This document shows, piece by piece, positions 1-12,367 of a DNA stretch of 64,000 bases. Position 1 is the stretch's first letter. Each line of letters begins with the position of its first letter. The translations under genes and the position numbers were made by a program. Below the pieces are notes generated by a model. That model made no database searches. It saw only the letters and a list, made by a program, of their open reading frames with translations, and was not told where the DNA came from. The stretch comes from Gonapodya sp. JEL0774 (taxonomy: Eukaryota), in assembly GCA_027604505.1 (NCBI GenBank), contig JADIIX010000036.1, forward strand, positions 1 through 64,000. Reading direction: 5' to 3'.

Positions 1-2036
1 TTTTTGCGGCTTCCAGAGGGGAGGGAATCATTTTTTAAAAATCGGTTCAGGGGTCTCGGCTTCCCCTGTAGGGGGGGAAGCCCGGGAAGCCGGAATTTAG
101 TGTTAAATTCCAACATCCGCTATATAGGGTCAGAGTTTGCTTCCACCATATACGCAGATTCGGTGACATTGTGTCCTCTAGGATTACTTTCCACTTGCGC
201 GTGAGCAGCGGCAGCCATCGTCGATACCTCGGACTCTGTCCAGCTTCTCTTTCTCTTCTCCAGACTTGCCTGCATCAATGGCGGTTACGTGACCGGCCTC
301 ACTAATACAACGATTGTTGTCCCAATGGTTACAAATCCCCCAACCGTAACAAACTGCACTTGTGATGGATTCCCTAGCCCAGCTGCAGACAACCCGCCTC
401 CTAAACTCACCGTCAACCCCACTGTTGGATCTATTGCGTATGGGTGCTCTGTGAAGATGCTGCTTGGAGTGGCCAACGCGACTGTCGAGTGGACTTTGTT
501 CTACAAGGACAACAACAGAACCACATTGAGTATGATTATTCCAGTCAACACAGTAAGCTGGTGCAATGTGGATTTCAAGAGTGCAGGGAGGGTTGGAGCC
601 AAGTCGAATGCCGCATTGCATATGGCACAGTTGCAGAGTACAGGAGCTTTATGTGAGAGTCAACGCGGGATGCGGGGTTCTTTCTGTCTTTCTCTCACTT
701 ACTGACGCATTGACTGTCTCTACGTGACTTACAGCTTTTCTGGTGTCGTTGATTGTCATGTTTTGGTCAATGCAGTGAGCAGATCAGTGTGTTGCCACCT
801 GGACACGCTAGCGCTAAACATGACATCTGCCAGTTAGCGCTTTCATTTTACCACATATATGATACATGACAATTTCTTTCATTACTAGTATACTACTATC
901 GACATCTATCGTGTATATAGCTCAATCGAAGAAACCACCTCTTGTTCGATGGAAGTATTGCAAGATTGATTTCACAACAGATCCCCCCGTTGATATTTAG
1001 ATAAAGATATATTTTCTGCGTCTCGCACTTTTGGCTAATTTACGGTGGTTTTAAGTTATGAGGTAGTGTTGGTACTGTGCCCTAGGGAGCCATGCACCAA
1101 ACGTGTGCACCAATGGCACTCACAACTTAGAGTAATTTTGAGTTACGCTTTTTTCAAATCAAGCTAGTAATAAATTATGGGACAAATGACTCATTCTGTA
1201 AACCTTGCTGTCCAAGTCCAAACTCCGCGAGATTGTCTCATTCGAGAAATACTGTCCGAGGCAACCAAACTCTTGGAGGATGAAGTGGACTCTCTTTACA
1301 CTCACCTCCAAGCAAAAAAGCGCACAACTACAGAAAAGAATTACACTTTTGATCTGGCAATATTTGACGATACCGAGCTCAAGGACAGTTATATCATTAT
1401 GTCAGAGATGCTCAACAATCGGGACTCATGCAAGACCAAGCGAGCCAAGTTACATTCCTCAAAGACAAAACAAGCACCTGTTCGCAGCAATGGCCTTGTA
1501 CCATGACAGCGTTTTCATAAATGAGAATACGAATCACTTGAGTAGTGATGAAAGCGAAGATAGCGGGGGACAGAGGAAACAACATTTTGTCGATATGGAC
1601 GTTACATTCACGCATTGTAGGCAAGGGCGCATTACAGGCACTTTTGGCACAGCCAAACAAAGCATTACAAAGTTTCAGCCAAAGCACATTCCGCGCCGCG
1701 TTGGGCTTACAAACTCTTGAACAACAAGACGTCAATCCCCCTTCCAAACAAGGTAGGTTTACCCTCGTACAGTTCTCCTCACGTTTTTGCTATTCTTGGA
1801 GCACTTTTTGGTACACTCTACATGATTTTACCCTTATTTTTGTCATCACCCACCAAGAGGAAATCACTCTTCAACTGCACCGAGAGCAAACGCCATCAGA
1901 GATGGCTTGTTTTATTTCTAAGTAAGTTCTCCCATACACACAAAAGAATATTAGTGTTTTGCTATTCAAGAATTTTAGGTGAAGTGCTACGAATGTTCGC
2001 GATAGAAACAAGTGTGGTGGGGCTGTCACTACGTAT

Positions 2037-3600
2037 CGATCTCAGCCCTCTATGATGGGATGGTGGCCTAGTGATAGGCCTGGAGTGTGAGATGATGTGA
2101 AGTGTGATCTTATTATGTGGTGCTAGTTGTGCCTCATATACATGTTTAGGCTGTGGTCATGTGCAAGGTGTCAATACCACAACACAAGAGTTGTTTGTAA
2201 GTGATGCAACCAAAAACAATCCAAAAGGCGTACAAACGCAACCACCCCCGTCCAGACTGGAAGATCCTTACATGCCACGCTTGCCGTAGAGGATTCACTC
2301 AGTGCCATCAACTGCAGCGAGAATACATTAACCAAATGCGTCGCACCTCACCACCTGATGCCAACTTCTATGGACAATAGACTGACTCAATATGTATATT
2401 GTATTCTATTAGCCAAAACTTCTGTATCTAGGACTTGGGTCATTCATATAATAGGCTTTCATCAACCTCAAGTGTCACTGTTAATTGTTATACAGCAAGC
2501 TACACTTGAATCAAAATGCTCCTCCAGAAAAATTGTTACCCTCAGGTTTTTTTTCATTATGCAGGGTGATCTATTTACATGAGATTCAGTGTCATTGGTG
2601 CATAAACATCAATTGTTCCAAACTGTTTCAGAAATCAGAGCTGAAAGTGCTTTTACTGGGAAATGCCACACCTTCCTCTGTTAATGTCAACCCTGCAGCT
2701 AGTGCTCCTTGCTTGCTACTTATTCCCTCTCTCACTTCCAAATTGCTGTAAATGCTCCAGATAGGAACACGCCAATCACCTGGGACACTCCACTCCACTG
2801 TCCACATCTTTCTACATACTTCACTTGCCCTCCATCCCTGCCCACTTCCTTTGTGCTTTGACTACCTCATCTTGTTCGTCTTTTGGAAGGAATGCTACCC
2901 GATCTGCAAATGCAGAAACAGAGGAAAGGGGGACTGGTGCAGGAGGGTGTGCAGGATGTGTAGAGGTTAGTGGAGAAGGCTAAAGTCGTTCCCATGATGA
3001 AGTGGAGTATTAGTAAGTGCCTGGTAAGGCAAAAACAAAAGAAAATTTCTGCAAGCAAAGTCTCATTACTCTCCTTCAGGTTTTAATGCAGAAATTTAAT
3101 GAGGTTCTTAATATGGTAGAGGGCAGTGCAGATTCTCATTCCCAACCCATGGGCTGTGGGTGGTGTCTATGTTTTCCGACACCAGAAACAGGAACCACAC
3201 CTCCAGAAAAACAGCATTTTATCTGCCACCCATAGTTCCATCCTTGCTTTGTTCTCATTCAGAGTGCTTTTGTGAGAATATCAAGGCTCAACTCACATGC
3301 TTCCCCTTTGCGGTCTCCTCCGCCTTTACAAACTTATTATCTGGTACACCCTGTCCCTGTGGTAGAGCAGGTTTGGACACGGGGATTCCTGCTAGGTCTG
3401 AGAAAGCAGATACGCCAGTGTGAAAGACAGCCTTGCCCTGCAGCAGGTAGGGTGAGAAGTAGCCGGGATTCAGCGATGAAGTTGTGAAAGAGGTGTGGTA
3501 CCGGATCCAAACTTGCAGGAGCATGAACTCAGCGAACAAAGATTGCAATTGAAAGTCAAGGGAATGAAGGGTGTGCAGGATGTGTGCTCATCACCCTCGG
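2037..3600. mobile_element. Possible decayed repeat/transposon relic
   Basis: Strong CpG depletion, broken ORFs and an exact 18-bp direct repeat; no diagnostic TE domain was recognised. Confidence 0.3.
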
Positions 3601-4718
3601 GCACTGTCATCACCGTAAGTGCCATCGTACGGAATGTATGATCATCAGCCCAGTCAATCCCAACTGCATCACCCTCCCTTGCCAGCCATCGGTGCGGGAT
3701 ATCCCGCTCTCCATCGGAATTTACCCCCGTCGATCCAACGTACTGCAATCTCGTCCGGCTGCGTGAGCTTGTCGAGGGTGTCGATGACCTTTTCGTCTTC
3801 TTTTGCCCGCTGGACAACAGAATCGACGAGCGGGTTGATCTTGGATTGGAAGAGGGGTGTGTGTGCGTGATGGGACATGATGATGTGGGATCCGCGCGAT
3901 AGTGATGGGAGCAGGCAGTCGTTATTGACTGAACACTGGCAGCTGAACAAGCGGGCACTGAGGATCCGCGCCGCAATCGCGGTTAACAAAATTACGTCCG
4001 AACTGCCTAGATTTGATTCATTTTCTGCACTGGGAAATCATGGGTGAGACAGTATATTGAAAATATTGCAATTAGAAGCACGACAATTTGAACACCATGA
4101 ATGTCGCACGGTGTTTTGAGAATATGCAGATTCGAACCAGTAAAGTCAGTGATGCGACTATACATTACCAGTCTAGTACACACCACACTTAGAATTGACA
4201 ACGTGCATACAAGTACCCAATTCTTTACTCTCTGTTGTCAGGTGCACTGTCTTGCACATCATGTTCTGTGTCTTTGACCCCAACAACCATTCCGTGCACT
4301 CACCTCTCTGTGGTATCTTTGCGTCCAATTGGCGTCCGGCCGTCCGCTTTGTTTGCAAGAGGACAGTGAGGACAAACGTGCGTGCTCCAGGGAAAATAGT
4401 AGCGAGGAAGGAGGTGTGCGGGAGGGGTTGGTGATAACGTGGTGGGAGAATGAAACGGGGCGGTGAGCACGTGGGCACACGCGGTATTGAGGTAGAAGTT
4501 GTGTGAACTGGTGTGAGCAAGATCCACTACTTCACCATTCCTCCCACCTGTATTCAACGCCATCACCGATCACCGAACGACGACAATTGTTAAACGATTA
4601 CGTTGATGATGGTTAAGACCACCACGTTGGTGTGCGAGAATGCGGGGGACCAGGGAATTGTTGAGGTATGCAAATGAACGTTAGCGCTTTGCAGTCAGTC
4701 TCGTGCCAACGTCTTCAC

Positions 4719-5393
4719 TCACGGCTCCTCCCCTCTGCAGATGACCCTCACAACACCCTGATCAGAACTATCAGGTGCAAACAACATTTTTGCCTCACCT
4801 ACCACACGCGCCGAATCATGCACCTCTGCAAAAATTAAGCTTGCCCTTGAGTTCCTGACACACAAGCCCAGTGCCATCATGTCAAATAACTCACATGGAA
4901 AGTGCCGAGCTATCACATGACAATCCCTCAAACTTGGTATCTCCAACGAGGACGAAGCCACATCGACATTGCGTTTGCCCACTTTCACGCTCACGGCTCA
5001 CTCCCCGCAGCACGCCATGGCACACCACTTCCGTCCCACTTTTCTCGCCGTCTCATGCACCAACGCAAACCCAACAACGGCACTGGCGTAGTGGTCGTTC
5101 TTAGTGAGACAAGTTTCTGTCGCTCGGCCAGAGAACCGGATGGGAGAATCGAAAGAGTCCGGCGTGATGACGGGGCCGGATAGGTAGAGAGAGGAGCGAG
5201 GTAGACGCTTTGAGTGATGTGGTGGAAAAGGGTAAGGTGAGGCATTTGACCGTTGAAGATGTAGAAGGAATCCCACCGACATCACAATCCAACACAACAT
5301 AGCCCACAAAGACGTTCTCTCCCACAGCTGCGAATACGACCGATTCTTCCCGCTCTGTCCTCTTGTATCAATCACGCGCCTCCTTCGGCACAT
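4719..5393 (-). pseudogene. Possible pseudogene fragment
   Basis: ORFs 4998-5393 and 4719-4994 are in the same frame, separated by a single TGA; family not recognised. Confidence 0.25.
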
Positions 5394-7891
5394 TCCACAT
5401 CTCCTTCCACGCTTGAGCCCTTACAACAGTGTGGGCCATTTGGTGAAAGATTCCGCTCCCGCTCCTTCTTTTATCTAATCCTCCTCAGACACGTCCCTCG
5501 GCTTATTACGCCACCGCACCGCCGGATCTCACCGTTACAGAGATTTACGAGGTGAGAGCATGCCCGGTGGGGGGGGGTGCTTGTCGTTAAGTCTAGGATG
5601 CGGTGCGGCGGGGGCAAGAATACGGGCTTTGTTTGGCGAGGTGAAATGGTGTGAGCGTGAGACGGGTAAGAGGGAACTTCGCGGAGTAGCTGAGTGGGCG
5701 GGTCGGGGTGCTGGGTGGTGGGGAGAAGGAGTCTGCATGTGTGGGTCTATCTGAGAGAATGGGTCAGCCATGGACATGTTGATATGCACCAAGTTGTCAT
5801 CCATAGCCAAATGCTCGCTCGAACCGGATTCATATGTGAGTGCACACGCCCACCACTCCGTCGCTAGCACACCCGCAGTCATGTCACATTTCACTCGTTG
5901 GCCACCGTTTGACTTTTCTGCACTGACTCTCGCCGGCTCGTTCACCGTTGGGGACACTCCTTCGCACCCCCGCCAGCCAGACGTGGTTTTCCTCGCTACG
6001 GAGGTCACCGTTCCCGAACGGTCGATGAATTTCTGATATACTTCGAGCTGCAAGAAGCTGGTGAGTGAAAGAGAGAAGTCTGAAGGTGTGTGGGAGGTCG
6101 GGATTAAGGTCGCTTGGAGCTCCTTCGGCAGAAGGACAAGACGAAGGGAGAATGTAGGCATAAAGTGAGTCCAGAGTTTCGAAGCTAGAGAAGTGAAAAT
6201 GCCCGATGCCTTGACCTGCAAATAAAATAACAGGACGAGGTACATGGCTCCCCTCATCCACCCAACTCACTCTGTCGCCGCAGTGGACTTGACGATCACC
6301 ATTCGAAATTGGATCTACTTCTCCGATGAGAGAAGTTTGGCAATAGAGACACCGAGACGCCCCATCTCACGGGAACAAACAGGCGACTTGTTGGGAAGGT
6401 CGAGGAAACGGCTTGGGAGAAGCGAGCAGTTGAAGCGAGGAGGAGGGTCAGGGAAGCCAAAGCCGTTGCACACGAATAAAACCGCGCGACAATCAATTGA
6501 TGGGCCGATGAAGTTTATTGTGATGGAAGGGGCAATTTATTGGTTCTGTCATGGGTGACAGTGACCAGTGAGAGCACAAAGCCGGCCACTGGAAGTAAAG
6601 TCTTTCCTGTTCGGACATGTAAGAACCGCACATGGCTAATGAAGTACACTGAGTCTTCCGTTTCGCCATGCATTTTCCTGGTAAGTGCCGCGAAGGACTA
6701 ATGTGACTGATCAATAATGTAGTGACGACCGATGGGAAACAACCCCAGGTGCATGAAGGAGCACGTGGTTTCCCACTTCCGCTGACTCACTTGCCCCCAA
6801 CACCATTTCCTTCAAAAGCTCGACCATGAAAGTCATGAACCACCGCGAAGCGCAGAAAATTCCTCAACAACTGTGAATATTTCGGCTGCCTGTGAGTCTC
6901 CCCGCTCTCCCCCGCTGTCTTCCCCGTATCCGCCTCTGTGTCCTTGCCAGTTTTGCTCCCGCCTCGTGCTGCTGAAAACCACCGCGGCCCAAAACCTCCT
7001 CTCAGGACTTGACAGGGGCCAAGTCATAACGGAGAGAAGAGGGGACTCGAGCCGATTGCCCTGCCGGCACCGGTCCATGGGCTCCTGTGAGTCGACGATG
7101 CACCCAGCGAGGCGAACAGGCGCGACAGTCAGGGGATGAATTTTCTTTTATCTTTTTCTCTGTGAACTCGCGGTGAGCTCCTCTATGGACCGCATCTGTG
7201 TTTGACTATTTGGGCATCGTTCCCATATTCAATTCGGTCCACCTTGCTTGGCTTCACTTGGCTTCCATTTCTTTGCTGTAACACCACCATCACCTTTCCA
7301 CTTAGTCTCTTTGCTGTGTAATTCTAGACCTGTAGTTGCCCCAGTGCGTCACCGGGGGGGTGGTTGTGCGCGCCAACGCCTACCTCTTGGGTTCCTCCCT
7401 GGGCCGACAGGCGCACTTGGTGGTCGTTTTAATAAAAGGCCCCAAACAACCTCATGTCCCCATTCTTACATTTCCATCTTGGCCCCAATGCGTTTCGTGA
7501 TTGGTATCTGCGTACTTGGGTTAGGATTTCTGTTGAAAACGCTTAGGTCCCTGTTCCCCGTTTCTCATCCCAACGTGAATCTTTTATCGCCACTTTCTAA
7601 TAATTGTTCAAGGACCGGACCGAATAAGGTTTTTTTGAGAAGGGTACGTCTGACTGCCAAAGAAGCATAGCCAAACAAGTACAGATTCATCGACCACAGC
7701 CCTTCGGTACCTCAGTTCAAAGACGTAATTCTCCCTTTCTGTTATTGCAATAGCAATTTTCGGAGTTGAGACTGTTTCTTGTGTCGCTCGGAGCGCTGAC
7801 GTGCCGGTCACGGCGATTGGTGCACCATCCGCGCTTCCCTTCTCTCTAGTATTATCACGAACTCACTTCCAGAACCACACTTAATCCCACA

Positions 7892-10800
7892 ATGCTCTCG
7901 CAAGCCGTAAACAAACTCGATGCATACCTTGGCCCCTCACATGCCCTGGCTACGACAAACGATCCCAAGACGCGACCCGGGCAAAAGATGCTTGCGTGCA
8001 CGTGGTGGGGCAAAAACGACGTGCGAATGACGGAGGAAGCCGTTCCTGCTGTGACCGAGTCGAGGGATGCGGTGGTCAGGGTGACGGCGAGTACGGTGTG
8101 CGGGAGTGGTGAGGAAGCGCGGTTGCGGCGTTCGAATTGGGGTTGACCACTACACTCGTTGTATGACGTGGCTCTTGAAGATCTGCATCTCTTGAAAGGC
8201 GAGATCATTGATCTCAAGAAAGGTTTTATCTTGGGCCATGAAGCGTGAGCGTCAAGCAATTCCCGAGGAGGAGGAACTATGATTTCGTCTTCCGTGGACC
8301 TCATATTAACTTCCGCGTTTTGTAATGATCTTCTTTCAAGCATGGGCCAAATCGACGAGCTTGGCGATGCCTTGAAAAACGAAGGCTTCAAAGAAGGTGA
8401 TCGTGTCGTGTATGTATCTACCAGTTACGTTGTAAATCCCCCCCACCCCGTAAACAACTTTTCCGTTCTCCCAGCATCGCGTTTCCCATCGGATGCGGCT
8501 ACTGCCAATACTGCAAGCAAATGCTCAGCACGGCCGTGAGTGTTCTCCTGTTTCGAATCTACAATGATTGCCGTGTGGTGTGACGTCAACACAAACTGTT
8601 GTCACAAAACTTCTCCCCCCCCCCTCCCAAGTGCGAAAATACAAATGCCTCCTCAGTCATGAAGAGAATGTACGGGCAGAATACAGGCGGTATCTTCGGC
8701 TACAGCCACTTTGTCGGTGAGTGTTTTCGCTACAGCGGACGTGATAATGCCGCGTGCATGGAGGGAGCTTGATCCCCATTTTCATTTTGGCAATGTCGAT
8801 TCTTATTCTCCTCCCTTTTCTCCAGGCGGGTTTGGAGGTTGTCAGGTGAGGCATTGTCAGATTCTCACGTTCTCGTTTCGTTCACACGATCTTTTGGTGC
8901 ACTTGCCACCATCCCTCATTCAAGGCGGAGTACGTCCGGGTACCTTTTGCTAACTACAATCTGCTCAAAGTGCCGGACTCGGTGCCTGACGAGAAGGCGC
9001 TATACATCTCTGTGAGTGGAGCGGAATGGAAAATTGAGGAGGGAGAAGAGTAGGAAAACGGCGGACACTGCCCCAAGAACACCGTAATGTCGGGAGCGCT
9101 CAATTCTTCCTTTACCTTTCTGTTTTCTCTGCACACACGTAGGACATCGTCTCTACGAGTTACCACGCCGTGTACGACACGGGATGCAAGGAAGGCGGTG
9201 AGTTGAAGCGTTGGAGCACTCCCGCGATAGGGGACGGTAATCAACAAGGACGAACGCTCACCTTGGTTCCCCCTGGCATCACGTGTTCTTTTTTTTTTGT
9301 TTTTTTTTTTGTGATTTTTCTCCGGGTCTGCGTTCTTCGGTCTTCGATCAAAAAACAACTTCTTTGATGACCGTTGCGGGCACTCGGGAACCAAGAAACG
9401 ATTGGAGTCTGGGTGAGCTACCACGGGGTGAGAGCACCCTCTACGACGAGATTGTGTTGCCTCACTTTCTCTACGTCCTTCCACCTGCTTCCCCGACCAC
9501 CCCACTTCAGGGCCTCGGCCCCATCGGCCTCGAAGTCTGCCAGTGGCTCCACCGCGCCACCCGCGCGCACATCGTGGCTTTCGACTTTGTCCCAGCCCGT
9601 CTCGCCCTCGCCTCGTCCCTCTTCTCCGCCACCGTCTACAACGTTGCCGACCTGGAACGCTCCCGCGGGTCCGACGGAGTTGTTGAGGAGGTCTTGGAGC
9701 GGTATCCTGGGGGGTTCGACAGGTGCATCGACTGTGCAGGATTCAGGTACCGCAAGACCTGGTCCCACGCGATTCAGGCGGCGGTGGGGTTGGAGACGGA
9801 TCAGTGCGAAGTGGTGAACGAGATGGTCAGGTGTGTGAAGAAGGTGCGTAAGCGATGGTGAAGGTGGGCGAGGGTGGTTTTGTGGTCTGGGCGGGGTGCT
9901 AGTTCCGTTTTGCAATTGCCACATGCTGCCGATCGGCCTTACCGGCCCTGTTCACACTGACACCCCACTCTCACATCCTCTTCCTCTCTCTCCACCCCCC
10001 CGCCCCCCTCACTCCCAACTTAGTTCGGCACCATTGGCCTCATCGCCGACTACGCGGGTTTTACCAACGGGTTCAACATCGGCGGTGTGATGGAGAAAGG
10101 CGTGAGATTGATCGGGTGTGGGCAAGGTGGGTCTCGTGGGGCGCGGGGACAGGGAGTGGGGTGGCTGAGTGAGCGGAAGGGGGGCGGTCGCGGAGCTGTG
10201 TGTTGGGGGGGTGCGGCGTGGGAGGGGAGAGGGTTGTGTCGGCGGGTTGCTCCAGACGCACCACAGTCTGATGCAACCCGTGTCCCCTGTTCCGTGTTCG
10301 AGCTGCGCTCGTTTCGGGCGTGTGGAACTCGCCCCTGTCGGCCCCACCTTGGTCGCGCTTCTGTTCCCCTTTGGGCGAAGACGTTTCATTCCCACCCCAC
10401 CACCGACCACCTTCCGCTCACCCCGCACCCTTGTACCCCATGCAACTCCCAACGCGTACCCCTCATTTCTTTCCCACACCACGTTGCACGGCCTACATGA
10501 CCCCCAAACCCCATCCGACGGGGAAAAAAGCTCCGGTGCAAAAGTGAGTCGACCGCGCTATTTATTTCACTGACCGCATCCATTTTTCCCACTCACGACA
10601 TCCCCGTCACTAAACGTGCACACCCGGGGACGAACTCTCCACACACATCGTCACACCAACCCCGTGTTACCCAACCCCGTGCTCCACAAACACTGTACCA
10701 CACACCGTGCACCCGCACGCACTGTTTCTCGGCCAACAAAAAAAATTACGGCAAACCCACGAACGACGGAAACCCTGCCAGGTACTGGAAAGACCTGATG

Positions 10801-11288
10801 CACCGCCTCGAGACTGGGGAGCACGACCCGACTGTGATTTTGACGCACAGGTTCAGGTTCGATAAGTGTGCGGAAGGTGGGTTTGGGGTGGGGGTGTGGG
10901 GGTGTGGGCGGGGCGAAATGAGAGTCCGCCGTTCAGGGGGTGAAGATGGTGTGGGGGTGTGCATGGTGCACAGTGACGCGTGTTTGTGTTCGATATGAGC
11001 ACCGATGAACGGCGGCTGCCTCCCACACTAACACTGAAACTGAGGTTACACTGACACCCCACCCAACAAAATACCTCACACGCACCCGCTCATACCCTAA
11101 CCCAACCCCCGTGGTACCTTCAACCTATGACCACTTGCGCCACCCGCCACCACCAAGTGTACTACGCCATGGACGAAAAGCGCGAGGGAATGATGAAGAC
11201 GTTCTTGGAGACGCGGTTCTCGAGCCCGAGGGCCGAGGGGACACCGGAGTTGGTGGAGCACGTGCCCAAGGACGGGGCGTTTGCGTAG
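7892..11288 (+). CDS. Zn-dependent medium-chain dehydrogenase, formaldehyde dehydrogenase-like (GroES-like ADH), 14 exons
   Basis: Manual splicing gives TVCGSDLH...ILGHEAMG...CGYCQYC...C (catalytic and structural Zn ligands), [23 protein letters not shown], Rossmann GVWGLGPIG, GQAPVQKYW and THRF; stop TAG at 11286-11288. Confidence 0.92.
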
Positions 11289-12367
11289 GGAAGAAGGAAG
11301 GGAAGGGGTGGCGGAGTTCAAAGGGGGTGTTGCTTAGATCTCGAATTTTCGGCTTAGGGAGAGGCGATAAGCAACAAAACCATGTCGAAATGACCACTCA
11401 GACGGAGCCCAAGTAGAATCCAGCCGAACATAATCTCCACCGGCCAACCATGGAGATTGTCTCTTTTATTCTTTTGAGGGTGGGGGGGGGGGGGGGGGGG
11501 GGCAATGATTTACGCGAACAGGGGAGGGGGAAAAAAAAATGGGAGGTATTATAGATGATGGAGGGGTCGGTTTGGTTTTNNNNNNNNNNCCCCCCCCCCC
11601 CCCCCCGCCGCGCCCCGCCCACCCCAACTGATTTCCGCGACCAGGGCCGTGGGAACAAAACATGCTAGTATGTATACTGCTTGGAGCGGAATGTTTGGTT
11701 TGGTTGTTTTGTATTGATTTTGGTGTGCCGTGCGGTCAGCAGGAGGAGTCCTCCCACGCTTCAGCACACCCCCACACCATCGGGACATGAGGGCCGGGAG
11801 ATGTGAAGAGTCTCAACCAATTTTTTTTTCTCCTTCGTTAAGATACTGCATACTCTGTTGTGTAGACATGAATCAAAGGAGCAATATGTATTTAAAAGGA
11901 GTTCAAAGGAGTTTGAACAAAGTTTACGATGGTCAAGAACGTTCTACTGCACATGGTGTAACCAACTGTCAGTGAATAAACATGAGTTTGTGGGTTAGGT
12001 TAGCATACTCCAAGAAATGGGAATCCCTCTGCCTCCAGCTGCCTGCAGGAGGCAGGAGGTGCAAGGCGTCGCTGTTCGAGGATGACTGGCGAAGTACCTC
12101 CTCATCGAAAATTCATTTATGGTCTTACCCACTTATTGTTACGGAGTGAATTTTGTGTTGCTACAGTATAGTGGAATCTTCATTTCGGCATTTGTTGCCC
12201 CATGCCAAAGATTGGTGTGTCCTCACTCGGCTGTGGAGCCCCTACATACCACCAATCTTTGCCCAAGAACACGTGGCCAAATTTTTCCCAGACTTACCAA
12301 TCCTTCAATACATATCTGCTCGTAGTTATGCATCTTTTTGACGCTTCATCGAGTAAAGATTCATACG

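Noticed and set aside
57..92. GC hairpin GGCTTCCCC/GGGGAAGCC
   Set aside because: Isolated at the window edge, with no Helitron CTRR end or other context.
255..1720. Cys/Thr-rich ORF 289-705 and ORFs 1177-1720
   Set aside because: Possibly exon or TE remnants, but no family or full model could be supported.
11470..11660. Poly-G/poly-C arms and near-duplicated 19-mers around an N gap
   Set aside because: Typical low-quality sequence at a scaffold gap, not a credible inverted-repeat element.
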